The position numbers and the translations under genes were made by a program. A DNA stretch of 64,000 bases from an uncultured Acidobacteriota bacterium (GTDB lineage Bacteria; Acidobacteriota; Thermoanaerobaculia; Gp7-AA8): assembly GCA_963741955.1 (NCBI GenBank), contig CAVUKB010000004.1, positions 480,001 through 544,000 on the forward strand, written 5' to 3'. The notes below the pieces were generated by a model. That model made no database searches. It saw only the letters and a list, made by a program, of their open reading frames with translations, and was not told the origin of the DNA. Positions 10,069 through 23,466 of this stretch are shown here, piece after piece; positions within the stretch are counted from its first letter, which is position 1, and the number at the start of each line of letters is the position of its first letter.

Positions 10069-11345
10069 GCCGACGCTGGATCGGGATTGCCGCGGGCGTC
10101 GTGGTCCTGACGGTCATCGTCGTAGCCAGTGTCCGGAGCGGCGGAAATGATGGCGAGAAGGTCTACGTCGAGCCGGTCACCCGTCGAAACATCGAATCGA
10201 TCGTCTCGGCGCCTGGCGCCATCGACCCGCGGGTGAAGGTCAACATCAGCGCCCACGTGATCGGGAAGATCGAAAAGCTCTACTTCGAAGAAGGCGACAC
10301 GGTGAAGAAGGGGCAGAAGCTCGTGGAGCTGGAGAAGGTTGCCTACCAGGCGGCTGTCGAGCGCTCCAGGGCGGAGCTCGCGAGCCGCCGCATCGAGCTG
10401 CACCGCGCACGAGTGAGCGAGGCCAATGCGGAGCTTCAGTTCAAACGGGCGCAGCAGCTTCAGACCGAAGGGATTCAGGCCCAGCAGCTCTACGAGGACG
10501 CTCAGATGCAGCTGGCCAACGCGAAAGCGGCGCTGATGTCCGCAGACGAAGGAGTCCGGCAGGCGCAGGCGACTCTCGAGCAGACCCTCGACGACCTCTC
10601 CCGCACCACCATCCTCGCGCCGATGTCCGGCAAGATCGTCCAGCTCAACGCGCACGAAGGCGAAGTGGTGATCACCGGGACGATGAACAATCCCGGATCG
10701 GTGATCGCCGTGCTCGCGGACCTCTCCGAGATACTCGCCGTGGCGGAAGTCGGTGAGACGGAAGTGGTGCGGGTCCACGAAAACCAGACCGCGCGCATTC
10801 ACGTCGATGCCATTCCCGACAAGGAGTACCAGGGTCACGTGGTGGAGATCGGAAGCTCGGCGCAGACGAAGACGGCGAGCTCCGGACTCCGCTACTTCAA
10901 CGTGAAGGTCGCGATCGACAACGCCGACGATCGGTTGCGTCCCGGAATGACCGCACAGGTGGACATCGTCACCGACACCGCGACCAGCGCGCTCTCCGTC
11001 CCGGTTCAGAGCGTCGTCGAGAGGGTTCCGGGACAGAAGGGCGCCAATAAGCCGAAGGACGTCTCGGACGAGACTCCGAAGAAGAAGTACGTCTTCGTGC
11101 TCGATGGCGAGAAAGTGCATCAGAAGGAGGTCACCACCGGAATCAGCAACGATAGGTACGTGGTGATCACCTCCGGTCTGACCGGAAAAGAGAAGGTGGT
11201 CACCGGTCCGTTCCGGACACTCAAGAAGATCGAAGACGGCGCGCACGTGACCCCCGAGGTCGAAGGGAAAGGCGGTAGCGGCACTTCGGACGAAGGAACG
11301 ACGTCGGGCTCGGATGACGAGAGGAAGGACGGGTCGGAATCGTGA
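10065..11345 (+). CDS. Efflux periplasmic adaptor (MFP, MacA-like)
   Basis: N-terminal TM; [25 protein letters not shown] motifs. Confidence 0.9.
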   Translation: MSRRWIGIAAGVVVLTVIVVASVRSGGNDGEKVYVEPVTRRNIESIVSAPGAIDPRVKVNISAHVIGKIEKLYFEEGDTVKKGQKLVELEKVAYQAAVERSRAELASRRIELHRARVSEANAELQFKRAQQLQTEGIQAQQLYEDAQMQLANAKAALMSADEGVRQAQATLEQTLDDLSRTTILAPMSGKIVQLNAHEGEVVITGTMNNPGSVIAVLADLSEILAVAEVGETEVVRVHENQTARIHVDAIPDKEYQGHVVEIGSSAQTKTASSGLRYFNVKVAIDNADDRLRPGMTAQVDIVTDTATSALSVPVQSVVERVPGQKGANKPKDVSDETPKKKYVFVLDGEKVHQKEVTTGISNDRYVVITSGLTGKEKVVTGPFRTLKKIEDGAHVTPEVEGKGGSGTSDEGTTSGSDDERKDGSES

Positions 11346-12061
11346 CCATGACCATGACAGACGCACCAGGGGCGCAGCCGTCGCGTAACGGGGCCCATCT
11401 GATCGAGATGGAGGAGATCTACCGGATCTACGAACTGGGTCCGGACAAGATCTTCGCCCTGAACGGTCTCTCGCTGACCATCGAGCACGGTGAATACGTC
11501 GCCATCATGGGACCCTCCGGCTCGGGTAAGTCGACCCTGATGAACATCATCGGCTGTCTCGACACGCCCACCTCGGGGAGCTATCACCTCGACGGGGTTG
11601 CGGTGGAGAGCATGACCGACGACGAACTGGCCGCAGTCCGGAACCTGAAGATCGGATTCGTGTTCCAGACGTTCAATCTCCTCGCCCGGACCACCGCGCT
11701 CCACAACGTGGAGCTCCCGCTGATCTACGCGCGGATTCCGCGAGCCGAGCGCCGCCGGAAAGCGGAAGAAGCGCTGCGACACGTCGGACTCGCCGAGCGT
11801 ATCAATCATCAGCCGAACGAGCTGTCGGGCGGCCAGCGTCAGCGCGTCGCAGTCGCCAGGGCGCTGGTCAACGGGCCTTCTCTGCTGCTCGCCGACGAGC
11901 CGACCGGGAATCTCGATACCAAGACCGGGCGCGAGATTCTCGATCTCTTCCGAGAGCTGCACGACCGGGGAAACTCCATCATCATGGTCACCCACGAGGA
12001 AGACGTGGCCCGTGAGGCGAAGCGCGTGATCCACATCCGGGACGGAGTAGTGAGCCAGTAG
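11342..12061 (+). CDS. ABC transporter ATP-binding protein (MacB/LolD-like)
   Basis: [40 protein letters not shown]. Confidence 0.92.
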   Translation: MTMTMTDAPGAQPSRNGAHLIEMEEIYRIYELGPDKIFALNGLSLTIEHGEYVAIMGPSGSGKSTLMNIIGCLDTPTSGSYHLDGVAVESMTDDELAAVRNLKIGFVFQTFNLLARTTALHNVELPLIYARIPRAERRRKAEEALRHVGLAERINHQPNELSGGQRQRVAVARALVNGPSLLLADEPTGNLDTKTGREILDLFRELHDRGNSIIMVTHEEDVAREAKRVIHIRDGVVSQ

Positions 12062-12079
12062 GCAGCCGCGGGCGACGAC

Positions 12080-13303
12080 ATGTTTCTCGAGAACCTAAGC
12101 ATTGCACTCAAGGCCATCTGGGCCAACAAGATGAGGTCCGTCCTCACCACGCTCGGGATCATCGTCGGCGTCTCATCGGTCATCGCGGTCGTGTCGCTCG
12201 TACAGGGGATGCAGTTCAGCATCTCCAACGAGCTCCAGGGGGTCGGCTCCACCTACATCATCGTCGTCCCCGAGGCGGATCGGGAACACCGGACGATGGA
12301 CCAGCGGATTCCCGAGCTCAATTATCAGGACGGCCTCGCCGTTCTCCGCCAGGCCCCCGAGATCAAAGAGTTCACGCCGATCTTCTTCACCGGGGCGCAG
12401 ACGAAATTCCGCGACAACACCCACTCCACGACGCTCCTCGGCGTCGGAGAGTCGTACCAGGAAGTGGTGAATCACTGGGTCGATCGCGGCCGCTTCTTCA
12501 CGCCATTGGACGTGGAGGCGCGGAAACGCGTTGCTCTCGTCGGAATCGAAGCGGCGAAGAAACTCGGAATCGACGAAGCTCCGCTCGGCAAGAGCATCCA
12601 GATCAACGGAACGCCCTTCACGGTGATCGGGATCATGGAGAAGAAGGGGAGGATGTTCGGACAGGACAACGACGACGTGGTCCTGATTCCCTTCTCCACG
12701 GCGGCGGTGGTGTACGGTCCCGACGCGGTTCGGACCATCCGGCTCGACTTTCAGGCCCGCGATCCGAAGACCATGGATCTCGCGAAGGAACAGATCAATG
12801 AGGTGCTCCGGGCGAGGCACCATCTGAAGAAAGACGCCAAGGACGACTTCCGGATCATTCTCCAGGAAGAGCTTCTCAACACGATCTCGAAAGTACTGAG
12901 GTCGACCACGCTGGTCATGGCCGCAGTGGTCGGAATCGCGCTTCTGGTCGGAGGCATCGGGATCATGAACATCATGCTCGTCTCGGTGACCGAGAGGACC
13001 AGGGAGATCGGGATCCGGAAGGCCGTGGGCGCGCGTCGCGCCGACGTCCTCCAGCAGTTTCTGATCGAAGCGATCACCCTCTCGGGTGTCGGAGGCGGAT
13101 TGGGAATCGTCTTCGGAGTGGGGCTGGGGATGCTGGTCCGAAAGCTCCTGGCACGGCTCGTCGAGTTCCCGGCGGTTCACACTCCGCTCTGGGCAGTCGG
13201 ACTCTCAGTCGGATTCTGCGCTCTGCTGGGCATCATCTTCGGGATCTATCCGGCCGCGAAGGCGTCGAAGCTCGATCCGATCGAAGCGCTCCGCTACGAG
13301 TAG
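12080..13303 (+). CDS. MacB/FtsX-like ABC permease
   Basis: RSVLTTLGIIVG, GGIGIMNIMLVSVTERTREIGIRKAVGA, PIEALRYE. Confidence 0.92.
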   Translation: MFLENLSIALKAIWANKMRSVLTTLGIIVGVSSVIAVVSLVQGMQFSISNELQGVGSTYIIVVPEADREHRTMDQRIPELNYQDGLAVLRQAPEIKEFTPIFFTGAQTKFRDNTHSTTLLGVGESYQEVVNHWVDRGRFFTPLDVEARKRVALVGIEAAKKLGIDEAPLGKSIQINGTPFTVIGIMEKKGRMFGQDNDDVVLIPFSTAAVVYGPDAVRTIRLDFQARDPKTMDLAKEQINEVLRARHHLKKDAKDDFRIILQEELLNTISKVLRSTTLVMAAVVGIALLVGGIGIMNIMLVSVTERTREIGIRKAVGARRADVLQQFLIEAITLSGVGGGLGIVFGVGLGMLVRKLLARLVEFPAVHTPLWAVGLSVGFCALLGIIFGIYPAAKASKLDPIEALRYE

Positions 13304-13339
13304 CACCCGATCCGCAGGACGCCGGGCTGATCCCCTCTG

Positions 13340-13897
13340 CTATTTCGCGCGCTCGATATAGCGATTGTCGGAAGGATCGACGATCAGCTCTTCTCCGTCG
13401 CTGACGAAGGGAGGGACCTGGATGACCACTCCGTTCTCGAGCGTGGCGGGTTTGTACGAGGCGGACGCGGTGCCACCCTTCACCTCGGGCTGGGTCTCGA
13501 CCACTTTGGCTCGGATGGTCTTCGGAAGGTCCACGCCGATCGGACGTGCTTCGTAGAACTGGACCGAGATCTTCAGCCCCGGCGTCAGCCACTGGGCGGC
13601 GTTCCCCAGGTCGTCGCCGGTCATCTCGATCTGTTCGAAGTTTTCGGTGTTCATGAAGTGATGAGCCGATCCGTCGGAGTAGAGGTACTCCATCTCGTGC
13701 GTCTCGATGAAGGCCTGGTCGATCGAGTCGCCGGAGCGGAAGCGATGCTCGAACTGATTCCCCGTCCTGAGATTCCGGAGCTTGGCCTGCACCATGGCGC
13801 GGAGGTTTCCGGGGGTGTGGTGGCGGAACTCCATCACCTTGCAGAGGTCCCCGTTGAAGAGGATGATCATGTTGTTGCGGAGGTCATTGGCTTGCAT
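13340..13897 (-). CDS. efp: Elongation factor P (PGNL tip variant)
   Basis: HTPGNLRA, FMNTENFEQ, KPATLENG..QVPPF, YIERA. Confidence 0.95.
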   Translation of the reverse strand: MQANDLRNNMIILFNGDLCKVMEFRHHTPGNLRAMVQAKLRNLRTGNQFEHRFRSGDSIDQAFIETHEMEYLYSDGSAHHFMNTENFEQIEMTGDDLGNAAQWLTPGLKISVQFYEARPIGVDLPKTIRAKVVETQPEVKGGTASASYKPATLENGVVIQVPPFVSDGEELIVDPSDNRYIERAK

Positions 13898-14161
13898 GAG
13901 GGCGCGTCAATCCTTTCGTTCGTTTCAGGCGCAAATTCGGTGTCCCGGGGGGAGCGCTGCGGGGCGCGTCGGGCGTCGCCGGCACACGCACCTCGAGCAC
14001 GCGAACGTCCGGCGTCACACAGCCGGGAAACGCCACGGGGCGAGGAACCTATTCCGCCTTCGATGGAGTCGGCGTTTCACTCTGGGGAAGAAATCGCGGT
14101 AAAATCCGGAGTCGAAGTCCAAAATAACGTTCCAATCCCTGAAAGTTGACCGAGGTGGCCG

Positions 14162-15334
14162 GTGCACATCAATGACTTACTCAAAATCGCGACCGAACGT
14201 CGGGCGTCGGATCTTCACCTGAAGGTCGGCTCACATCCCGTGATTCGTGTCGACGGGCAGCTGATCCCGCTGGTCGAGCTCAAGCGCCTGATGCAGGAAG
14301 ATACGATCGCGATGGCTTTCTCCATGATGTCGTCCCGGCAGAAGGAGAAGTTCAAGAACAACTACGAGATCGACTTCGCATACTCGGTCCCCGGCCTCGG
14401 CCGGTTTCGCTGCAACATCTTTCAGCAGCGCGGGACGGTGGGCCTCGTCCTTCGCGTCATTCCGGTCAAGATCGCGACCGTCCGTGAGCTGATGCTCCCG
14501 GTGATCCTGGAGAAGGTCTGCGAAGAACAGCGTGGACTGATCCTCTGCACCGGGACCACCGGATCCGGTAAGTCGACCACCCTCGCCGCGATGATCGATT
14601 ACATCAACGCCCACCGCACCGAGCACATCATCACGGTCGAAGACCCGATCGAGTTTCTCCACCGGGACAAGAAGTCGATCGTCAATCAGCGCGAGGTGGA
14701 AGTCGACACCAAGTCATTCTCCCAGGCGCTCCGCTCGGCACTCCGTCAGGATCCCGACGTGATCCTGGTCGGTGAAATGCGTGACTACGAAACCATCGAG
14801 ACGGCGCTCACCGCAGCAGAGACGGGACACCTCGTCCTTTCGACGCTCCACACCATGGACGCCACGGAGACGATCAACCGCATCATCGCGGTCTTCCCGC
14901 CGCACCAGCAGAAGCAGATCCGTCTGCAGCTCGCGGCGGTACTCAAGGCGGTCATCTCGCTCCGCCTCCTCCCGCGAGCGGACGGGCTGGGACGAGTTCC
15001 GGCCTGTGAAGTACTGATCTCGACCAACTACATCCGCGACTGTATCGAGAACAAGGACAAGACGAAGCTGATCAAGGACGCCATCACCCAGGGTACTTCG
15101 CAGTACGGGATGCAGACGTTCGATCAGTCGATCTTCATCCTGTACAAGAACGGCCTGATCACTCTGGAGGAGGCGCTGCGCCGGGCCTCGAATCCCGACG
15201 AGTTCAAACTTCGCATCCAGGGAATCCAGTCGACCGCCGACGCCTCCCGGGAGGAGATGGAAGGAAAGCTTCAGATGGCGCAGGAGGATCCTTTCTCCGA
15301 GGATTCTCCGTTCGATTTTTCGAATCAGGTCTGA
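14162..15334 (+). CDS. pilT: PilT/PilU-family type IV pilus retraction ATPase
   Basis: ASDLHL, GTTGSGKSTT, TVEDPIEF, ALRQDPDVILVGEMRD, GMQTFDQS. Confidence 0.9.
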   Translation: MHINDLLKIATERRASDLHLKVGSHPVIRVDGQLIPLVELKRLMQEDTIAMAFSMMSSRQKEKFKNNYEIDFAYSVPGLGRFRCNIFQQRGTVGLVLRVIPVKIATVRELMLPVILEKVCEEQRGLILCTGTTGSGKSTTLAAMIDYINAHRTEHIITVEDPIEFLHRDKKSIVNQREVEVDTKSFSQALRSALRQDPDVILVGEMRDYETIETALTAAETGHLVLSTLHTMDATETINRIIAVFPPHQQKQIRLQLAAVLKAVISLRLLPRADGLGRVPACEVLISTNYIRDCIENKDKTKLIKDAITQGTSQYGMQTFDQSIFILYKNGLITLEEALRRASNPDEFKLRIQGIQSTADASREEMEGKLQMAQEDPFSEDSPFDFSNQV

Positions 15335-15348
15335 GGGAGCTCCGGAAA

Positions 15349-15394
15349 CCGAAGTTGCGCGAAATGCGCGAATCGCGCGATTCGCGCGATTTTT
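15349..15394. repeat. Short tandem 9-mer repeat (GCGCGAnnn x4) with a partial inverted partner near 15467-15480
   Basis: gcgcgaaat gcgcgaatc gcgcgattc gcgcgattt. Confidence 0.6.
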
Positions 15395-15526
15395 CTGCGG
15401 TCCGATTCGGCGCGGAAACGGCCGGCCGCCCGACGCAGCGTGGCTTCCGCGTCAGGTCTCGATCGATTCGCGCAATTCGGATCGGATCCCTCTGACACGA
15501 GGTGGGCACGTTAGAATGACCCCGCC

Positions 15527-16063
15527 ATGCCGCGCCGACCTTCCCCCGACCAGCCGCCGATCGAAGATCCCGAAAAGTGCTACGAGGCGGCACTGCGTCT
15601 GCTCGGGTACCGATGGAGGAGCTCGGAGGAATTGCGGCTGCGCCTCCGACGACGGAACTTCTCGGCCGCAGTGATCGAGCGGACGATCGAGCGGCTGACC
15701 GGAGCGGGGTGGGTGGACGACGAGCGATTCGCTTCCGAAATGGCGCGATCGCTTCTGCGGCGCAAGCGCGGTCCGCGAAGGGTGCTGCAGGAGCTCCGGC
15801 AATTCGGTATCGATCAGGCGGGGAGGGAAGCGGCGCTCTCGGGAGCCCTGCAGGAGGAGCCTGCGGAACGGCATCTCCGGGAGCTCTGCCGGAGGAGAAT
15901 CCGGATGGCCGTACGCTCCCGCGGCCGGGAGTGGCTCGTCTCGGATCAGGAAAGAAACAAATTGATCGCATATCTGTTGAATCACGGGTACGACTACGAA
16001 TCGGTTGCGGACGTGGTGAAAGACGAGCTCCAGCGCGCCGCGTCGAACGAAGCGGAGTCGTGA
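15527..16063 (+). CDS. recX: Regulatory protein RecX
   Basis: ALRLL.YR.RS..EL..RL, GWVDDERFA, GPRRVLQELRQFGI, YLLNHGY. Confidence 0.85.
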   Translation: MPRRPSPDQPPIEDPEKCYEAALRLLGYRWRSSEELRLRLRRRNFSAAVIERTIERLTGAGWVDDERFASEMARSLLRRKRGPRRVLQELRQFGIDQAGREAALSGALQEEPAERHLRELCRRRIRMAVRSRGREWLVSDQERNKLIAYLLNHGYDYESVADVVKDELQRAASNEAES

Positions 16064-16126
16064 TCCCCGCGGCCCGACCGGTCCGGGCCGGAACCGAATT
16101 TCTGAGACAGGAGAGCGGAATTCCCG

Positions 16127-18799
<2,673 letters not shown>

Positions 18800-18822
18800 A
18801 GACCTGACCCTTTTTTCGAATC

Positions 18823-19584
18823 ATGACCGACACGAGGACGCACGCCTGGGGGACGCAGCCCGAGATGTTCGGGCCGCGTCACGAATACCGGCTGGCGATG
18901 TTTCTCAGAGAGACGCGTTCCCTCCCGAGACCCTCGCGGATCCTGGACGGAGCGGTGGGGCTCGGCCAGCTCGCCTCGAAGCTGAAGAGTCAGGGCCATC
19001 GGGTCTTCGGGATCGATGCTTCATTCGCTGCGGCGCTCCATTCGTCCCGATCAGGGATTCCGTCGGTTGCCGGCGATCTGACGCGGATGCCGTTTCGGCG
19101 GGAGGTTTTCGACGCCGTGACGTCGGGCGAGACGCTCGAGCATCTCGACGCCGATGCACCCGCAGTAAGCGAGATGGCGCGAGTGGGACGGGAGGGAGCG
19201 AAGCTGGTGATCACCGTTCCGGCGCTGCGCGCACTCTGGACGCGATCGGACGACTACTACGAGCACCGGCGGCGCTACTCGCGCCGCGAGCTGACGGGAC
19301 TCTTTCGAGCGGCATCGCTGACGGTGCAGAAGGCGCGGTTCTGGGGATTCCCCGTCGTGCTCGTCTATGACACGCTCTTTCTTCTTCCGATGAATCTCCG
19401 GCGTGCACGGCGAGCAGTGGAGGAGGATCGTGCGCTCCGCTCGGTGGCCGTGGCCGGCCGCGCACGCTGGCTCGTTCACGTCGTCCAGGCGGTGTTCTCG
19501 ATCGACCGCCTTTTTTCTTTCGTTCCGTTTGGTCCGGGATTGCTCCTCGTTGCACGCAAGCCCCGGTCGGGTGAGCGAGGGTGA
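18823..19584 (+). CDS. Class I SAM-dependent methyltransferase
   Basis: ILDGAVGLG, FDAVTSGETLEHL, ITVPA, HRRRYS. Confidence 0.8.
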   Translation: MTDTRTHAWGTQPEMFGPRHEYRLAMFLRETRSLPRPSRILDGAVGLGQLASKLKSQGHRVFGIDASFAAALHSSRSGIPSVAGDLTRMPFRREVFDAVTSGETLEHLDADAPAVSEMARVGREGAKLVITVPALRALWTRSDDYYEHRRRYSRRELTGLFRAASLTVQKARFWGFPVVLVYDTLFLLPMNLRRARRAVEEDRALRSVAVAGRARWLVHVVQAVFSIDRLFSFVPFGPGLLLVARKPRSGERG

Positions 19585-20210
19585 TGCCGTCCGAACCGAC
19601 CGCGCGTGTCGTCATCGTGACGCGCCCGATCGACGCGGCGACCTTCGACCGGCTGGACCGCGACGCGGACATCATCGCCCTCTGCGGCGATTCGCTGGAG
19701 GTCGCAGAACCGGCACTTTTCGAGCCCGTCCTCGACCGTCGCTCGCTTCTGGTGGTCGGGCTGGACCGGACGTCTCGTTCTTTTCCTTTCGCACTCGGAA
19801 TGGTCGCGGACGTTTTCGCGGTACACGTCGAATCCTCCGTGACACTGAACCCGCGAAATCCGGAGATCCTCACCGGAATCGGTTCCAGAATAGGGCGGGA
19901 GGCAATCCGGTTGCTGTTCGATGGGCCGGTCTCGATCGACGGGCGCGGCCTGTGCGACGCCGGGCTTTGCGATGCGCTTGTCGAGAAAAGCGAGGATTCG
20001 GTAAAGTGGATCGACTCGTGGCTCGGGAAGAGGAGCGTTCTCGCGCTCGCGGCTGCGGGCCGTCTCATACGGAGCCGTGGAGGTGACGTTCTCGAGCGTT
20101 TCGAGTTCGGACGGCTTTTCGCGGCGGGCGAGCCGCAACGGGGGCTGGAGAAATTCTTGAAGAAGCTTCCTCTGGATTTCACCGGAAAGACGATCGTGGA
20201 GAGGTTATGA
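19581..20210 (+). CDS. Degenerate crotonase/enoyl-CoA hydratase-like protein
   Basis: Only the C-terminal part is recognisable (RIG.EA..LLFDG, GLCDALV, F...[16 protein letters not shown]). Confidence 0.5.
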   Translation: MMPSEPTARVVIVTRPIDAATFDRLDRDADIIALCGDSLEVAEPALFEPVLDRRSLLVVGLDRTSRSFPFALGMVADVFAVHVESSVTLNPRNPEILTGIGSRIGREAIRLLFDGPVSIDGRGLCDAGLCDALVEKSEDSVKWIDSWLGKRSVLALAAAGRLIRSRGGDVLERFEFGRLFAAGEPQRGLEKFLKKLPLDFTGKTIVERL

Positions 20211-21973
20211 GCCGAAGCGAAATGGACCTGGAGAAGAAGCCTGCCGACGTGAGACCGGTCGCAGGAGAGGTAGAAGCGCAGCAGTTGTCGCTCTTTGCAC
20301 CCGAAGCGCTCGGTGAGATCCGCGAAGAGGAAGTGCGCTGGCGAAAGGCCACTCATGATCCTGTTGCGTCGAAGCGCGGCACGTGGAAGAAGGACTTCAC
20401 CACGGTCAGCGGAATGGACGTGAATCCGCTAGCCACTCCGCTGTCGATCGAGAAACTCGATTTCGACCGTGATCTCGCATTCCCGGGTGAGTTCCCGTAC
20501 ACCCGCGGAATTCATCCGATGGGGTATCGAGGGCGGCTGTGGACCATGCGGCAGTTTGCCGGCTTCGGTACCGCGGCTCAAACCAACGAGCGGTTCAAGT
20601 ATCTCCTCAGCCAGGGGCAGACCGGTCTTTCCGTCGCCTTCCACCTGCCGACCCTCTACGGCTACGACTCCGATCATCCGTTCAGCGCGGGAGAAGTCGG
20701 CAAGTGCGGCGTGGCGATCGATTCGCTCGCGGACATGGAAACGCTGTTCGAGGGGATCGATCTCGAGGAAGTGACGGTCTCCATGACCATCAACTCGACT
20801 TCTCCGATCGCGCTGGCGATGTACCTCGCGGTCGCGGAGAAGGAGGGGGCCGACTGGAAGAAGATCTCCGGCACGCTTCAGAACGACATTCTGAAAGAGT
20901 ACATCGCACAGAAGGAGTACATCTACCCGCCGCGTCCTTCCATGCGGCTGATCACCGACATCTTCAGGTTCTGCACCGAGCGCGTGCCGAAGTACAACAC
21001 CATCTCAATCTCCGGCTATCACATCCGCGAGGCAGGCTCGACCGCTCTGCAGGAACTCGCATTCACTCTTCGCGATGGAATGGAGTACGTCGAGTACGGC
21101 ACGCGCGCGGGTCTCGACATCGACGAGTTCGCGCCGCGTCTGTCCTTCTTCTTCAACTCCCACAACGACCTGTTCGAAGAAGTGGCGAAGTTCCGTGCGG
21201 CCCGCCGGGTGTGGGCGAAAGTGATGCGCGACCGCTACGGCGCGAAGGATCCCCGCTCCTGGATGCTCCGTTTCCACACCCAGACCGCGGGGTGCAGTCT
21301 CACTGCCCAGCAGCCCTACAACAACATCGTCCGGGTCACCGTTCAGGCCCTCGCCGCGGTTCTCGGCGGAACCCAGTCGCTCCACACGAATTCGCTCGAC
21401 GAGACGCTTGCGCTTCCGACGGAGAAGTCTGCCCGGATCGCTCTTCGAACCCAGCAGATCCTCGCGAACGAGTCGGGAGTGATCAACACCACCGATCCCC
21501 TTGGCGGCTCCTATTTCGTGGAAGAGCTCACCGACCGGATGGAGAAGGGTTGCTTCGAGTACATCGAGAAGATCGACCAGTACGGCGGCATGGTCGAAGC
21601 GATCGAAGCCGGCTTCCCGCAGAAGGAGATCTGGGATGCGTCTTACCAGTACCAGCGCTCCATCGAATCGAACGAGAAGCTGATCGTCGGCGTGAACGCG
21701 TTCCAGATGGAACAGGAAGAGCCGTACGACATCCTCTACATCGACGAGTCGGTCGGAGACGAGCAGATCCGGCTTCTCAGAGACCTCCGGCAGCGGCGTG
21801 ATTCGAAGAAAGTCGACGAGACCCTCTCCGCACTCCGTAAAGCCGCGTCGGAAGAGGCGACGAACACCATGCCCTTCATCATCGAGTGCGTGAAGGCCTA
21901 CGCTACGGTGGGGGAGATCTCGGATGTCTTCCGCGAGGTGTTCGGTACGTACGAGGAGCCGGCGCTTTTCTGA
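20207..21973 (+). CDS. AdoCbl-dependent acyl-CoA mutase large (substrate-binding) subunit with isobutyryl-CoA mutase-type signature
   Basis: [51 protein letters not shown]; no DxHxxG B12-binding domain. Confidence 0.9.
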   Translation: MSRSEMDLEKKPADVRPVAGEVEAQQLSLFAPEALGEIREEEVRWRKATHDPVASKRGTWKKDFTTVSGMDVNPLATPLSIEKLDFDRDLAFPGEFPYTRGIHPMGYRGRLWTMRQFAGFGTAAQTNERFKYLLSQGQTGLSVAFHLPTLYGYDSDHPFSAGEVGKCGVAIDSLADMETLFEGIDLEEVTVSMTINSTSPIALAMYLAVAEKEGADWKKISGTLQNDILKEYIAQKEYIYPPRPSMRLITDIFRFCTERVPKYNTISISGYHIREAGSTALQELAFTLRDGMEYVEYGTRAGLDIDEFAPRLSFFFNSHNDLFEEVAKFRAARRVWAKVMRDRYGAKDPRSWMLRFHTQTAGCSLTAQQPYNNIVRVTVQALAAVLGGTQSLHTNSLDETLALPTEKSARIALRTQQILANESGVINTTDPLGGSYFVEELTDRMEKGCFEYIEKIDQYGGMVEAIEAGFPQKEIWDASYQYQRSIESNEKLIVGVNAFQMEQEEPYDILYIDESVGDEQIRLLRDLRQRRDSKKVDETLSALRKAASEEATNTMPFIIECVKAYATVGEISDVFREVFGTYEEPALF

Positions 21974-21990
21974 AGTCGACCTGAGCCCCT

Positions 21991-22046
21991 CGGATTTGGA
22001 CCGCTGATCCGCTTTCGCCGTAGGACAGTTCCTACCGCGCAGACTC
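21991..22046 (-). mobile_element. Half copy of MITE-like family A (reverse orientation)
   Basis: Reverse complement gagtctgcgcggtaggaactgtcctacggcgaaagcggatcagcggtccaaatccg matches the first 56 nt of family A. Confidence 0.85.
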
Positions 22047-22237
22047 CCCGGTCAACAATCTGCGACAACCTTTCCCGACCGGCGCTACGAGCGCCGGTTT
22101 TCGCTTATCCTTCCGTTACCGTCAAAACCGAGAGATTCGAAGCGGCGCCAGAATGGCTTCCGGTGCAGTGTCACCTCCCGCCGTTGCTGGTGCTCCAATC
22201 GTTGAATGAGGCAGGACTGAAAACGAGGAGGAGGAAA

Positions 22238-23317
22238 ATGCGCACTCGTACGGGAATCCTTGCACTGATTGCCACGCTCGCTTTGCCGTTGACACTATTC
22301 GCGAATGACGTATGGATCCCGGTCGCGGGGCGTATCCAGGGAGGCAATTTCTTCCGGAGCGACCTGACGGTGGTCAATCCGTCCGGGACGGCCGATGCGG
22401 CGGTGACGATCGCGTACCTTCCGGTCGACAACGTTCCGGCTCCTTCGCCGGTGACAGAGACGATTCCGAGACGTCAGATGAAGGTTTACACGGACGTCGT
22501 CGGCACGCTGTTCAACATCAACGGTCTCGGAGTGATCCACGTCTCGACGCCCGCCGGCGTCGACGTGATCGCGACCTCTCGCATCTTCACCGACACCACC
22601 TGTACGGATCCGGCAGTGCAGGGGGGAACCTACGGACAATTCGTCCCGGGGTTCACCACTTCACAGGCGCTGATGAAAGGGGTGATTCCGCAACTCGCCT
22701 ACAACGCCGACACCTCGTCCGGATTCCGTTCCAACGTCGGTTTCGCCAATCCGAACAACACCGACGCCGCGGTAGTCGTCACCCTGCACAAGGCCGACGG
22801 CTCGATTGTCGGAAAGCAGAACACGATCAACCTGAAGCCGCACGGCGGACTCTCTCCGACCAGTCTCCCGAACCTGGTCACCGAACCCGGGCTCGACCTG
22901 GCGAGCGGATTCGTGACCTTCTCCGCCGCGCTTCCGATCATCGGCTACGGTTCGGTGGTCGACAACCGGTCGGCCGATCAGATCTTCGTCGCGGCGGTTG
23001 CGGACACGGGCACCGATCCGGTGCAGCCGCAACCGCAGACGGTGACCGTCAACGTCGGACCGGGCCTGTCGTTCAGCCCCGAGGAAGTGACGATCAAGCC
23101 CGGCGACACGGTGCGCTGGGTGCTCCAGGGGGGCATCCACACTACGACCAGTGACAGTCCAACCGGTCCGGAGTCGTGGAACTCCGGGACGATGCAGAAC
23201 AGCGGGCAGGCGTTCAGCCACACGTTCCACACGGTGGGTGATTATCCGTATTACTGCAAGATTCACAGCTCTCCCGGCGGAACGGCGATGAATGGCGTCG
23301 TCCACGTCGTACAGTGA
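22238..23317 (+). CDS. Secreted protein with C-terminal cupredoxin (type 1 copper) domain
   Basis: Signal peptide; FSPEEVTIKPGDTVRW, HTTT, YYCKIH..PGGTAMNG (His...Cys-x2-His-x7-Met). Confidence 0.8.
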   Translation: MRTRTGILALIATLALPLTLFANDVWIPVAGRIQGGNFFRSDLTVVNPSGTADAAVTIAYLPVDNVPAPSPVTETIPRRQMKVYTDVVGTLFNINGLGVIHVSTPAGVDVIATSRIFTDTTCTDPAVQGGTYGQFVPGFTTSQALMKGVIPQLAYNADTSSGFRSNVGFANPNNTDAAVVVTLHKADGSIVGKQNTINLKPHGGLSPTSLPNLVTEPGLDLASGFVTFSAALPIIGYGSVVDNRSADQIFVAAVADTGTDPVQPQPQTVTVNVGPGLSFSPEEVTIKPGDTVRWVLQGGIHTTTSDSPTGPESWNSGTMQNSGQAFSHTFHTVGDYPYYCKIHSSPGGTAMNGVVHVVQ

Positions 23318-23338
23318 GCGTATCTCGATGAGGAACGC

Positions 23339-23374
23339 GGAATCGTGCTCGATCGCATGGTCGAGCACGATTCC
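23339..23374. repeat. Perfect 14-bp stem-loop downstream of the cupredoxin gene (possible terminator or processing hairpin)
   Basis: ggaatcgtgctcga-tcgcatgg-tcgagcacgattcc; no U-tract. Confidence 0.55.
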
Positions 23375-23466
23375 TGCAGGCTCCCCTCGCATCCGGAGAC
23401 GAGACCGATTTCGCTGTCACTCGCTCTCCGTATCTGTTAGTATTTACGAAGGCTACGACGACTAGT

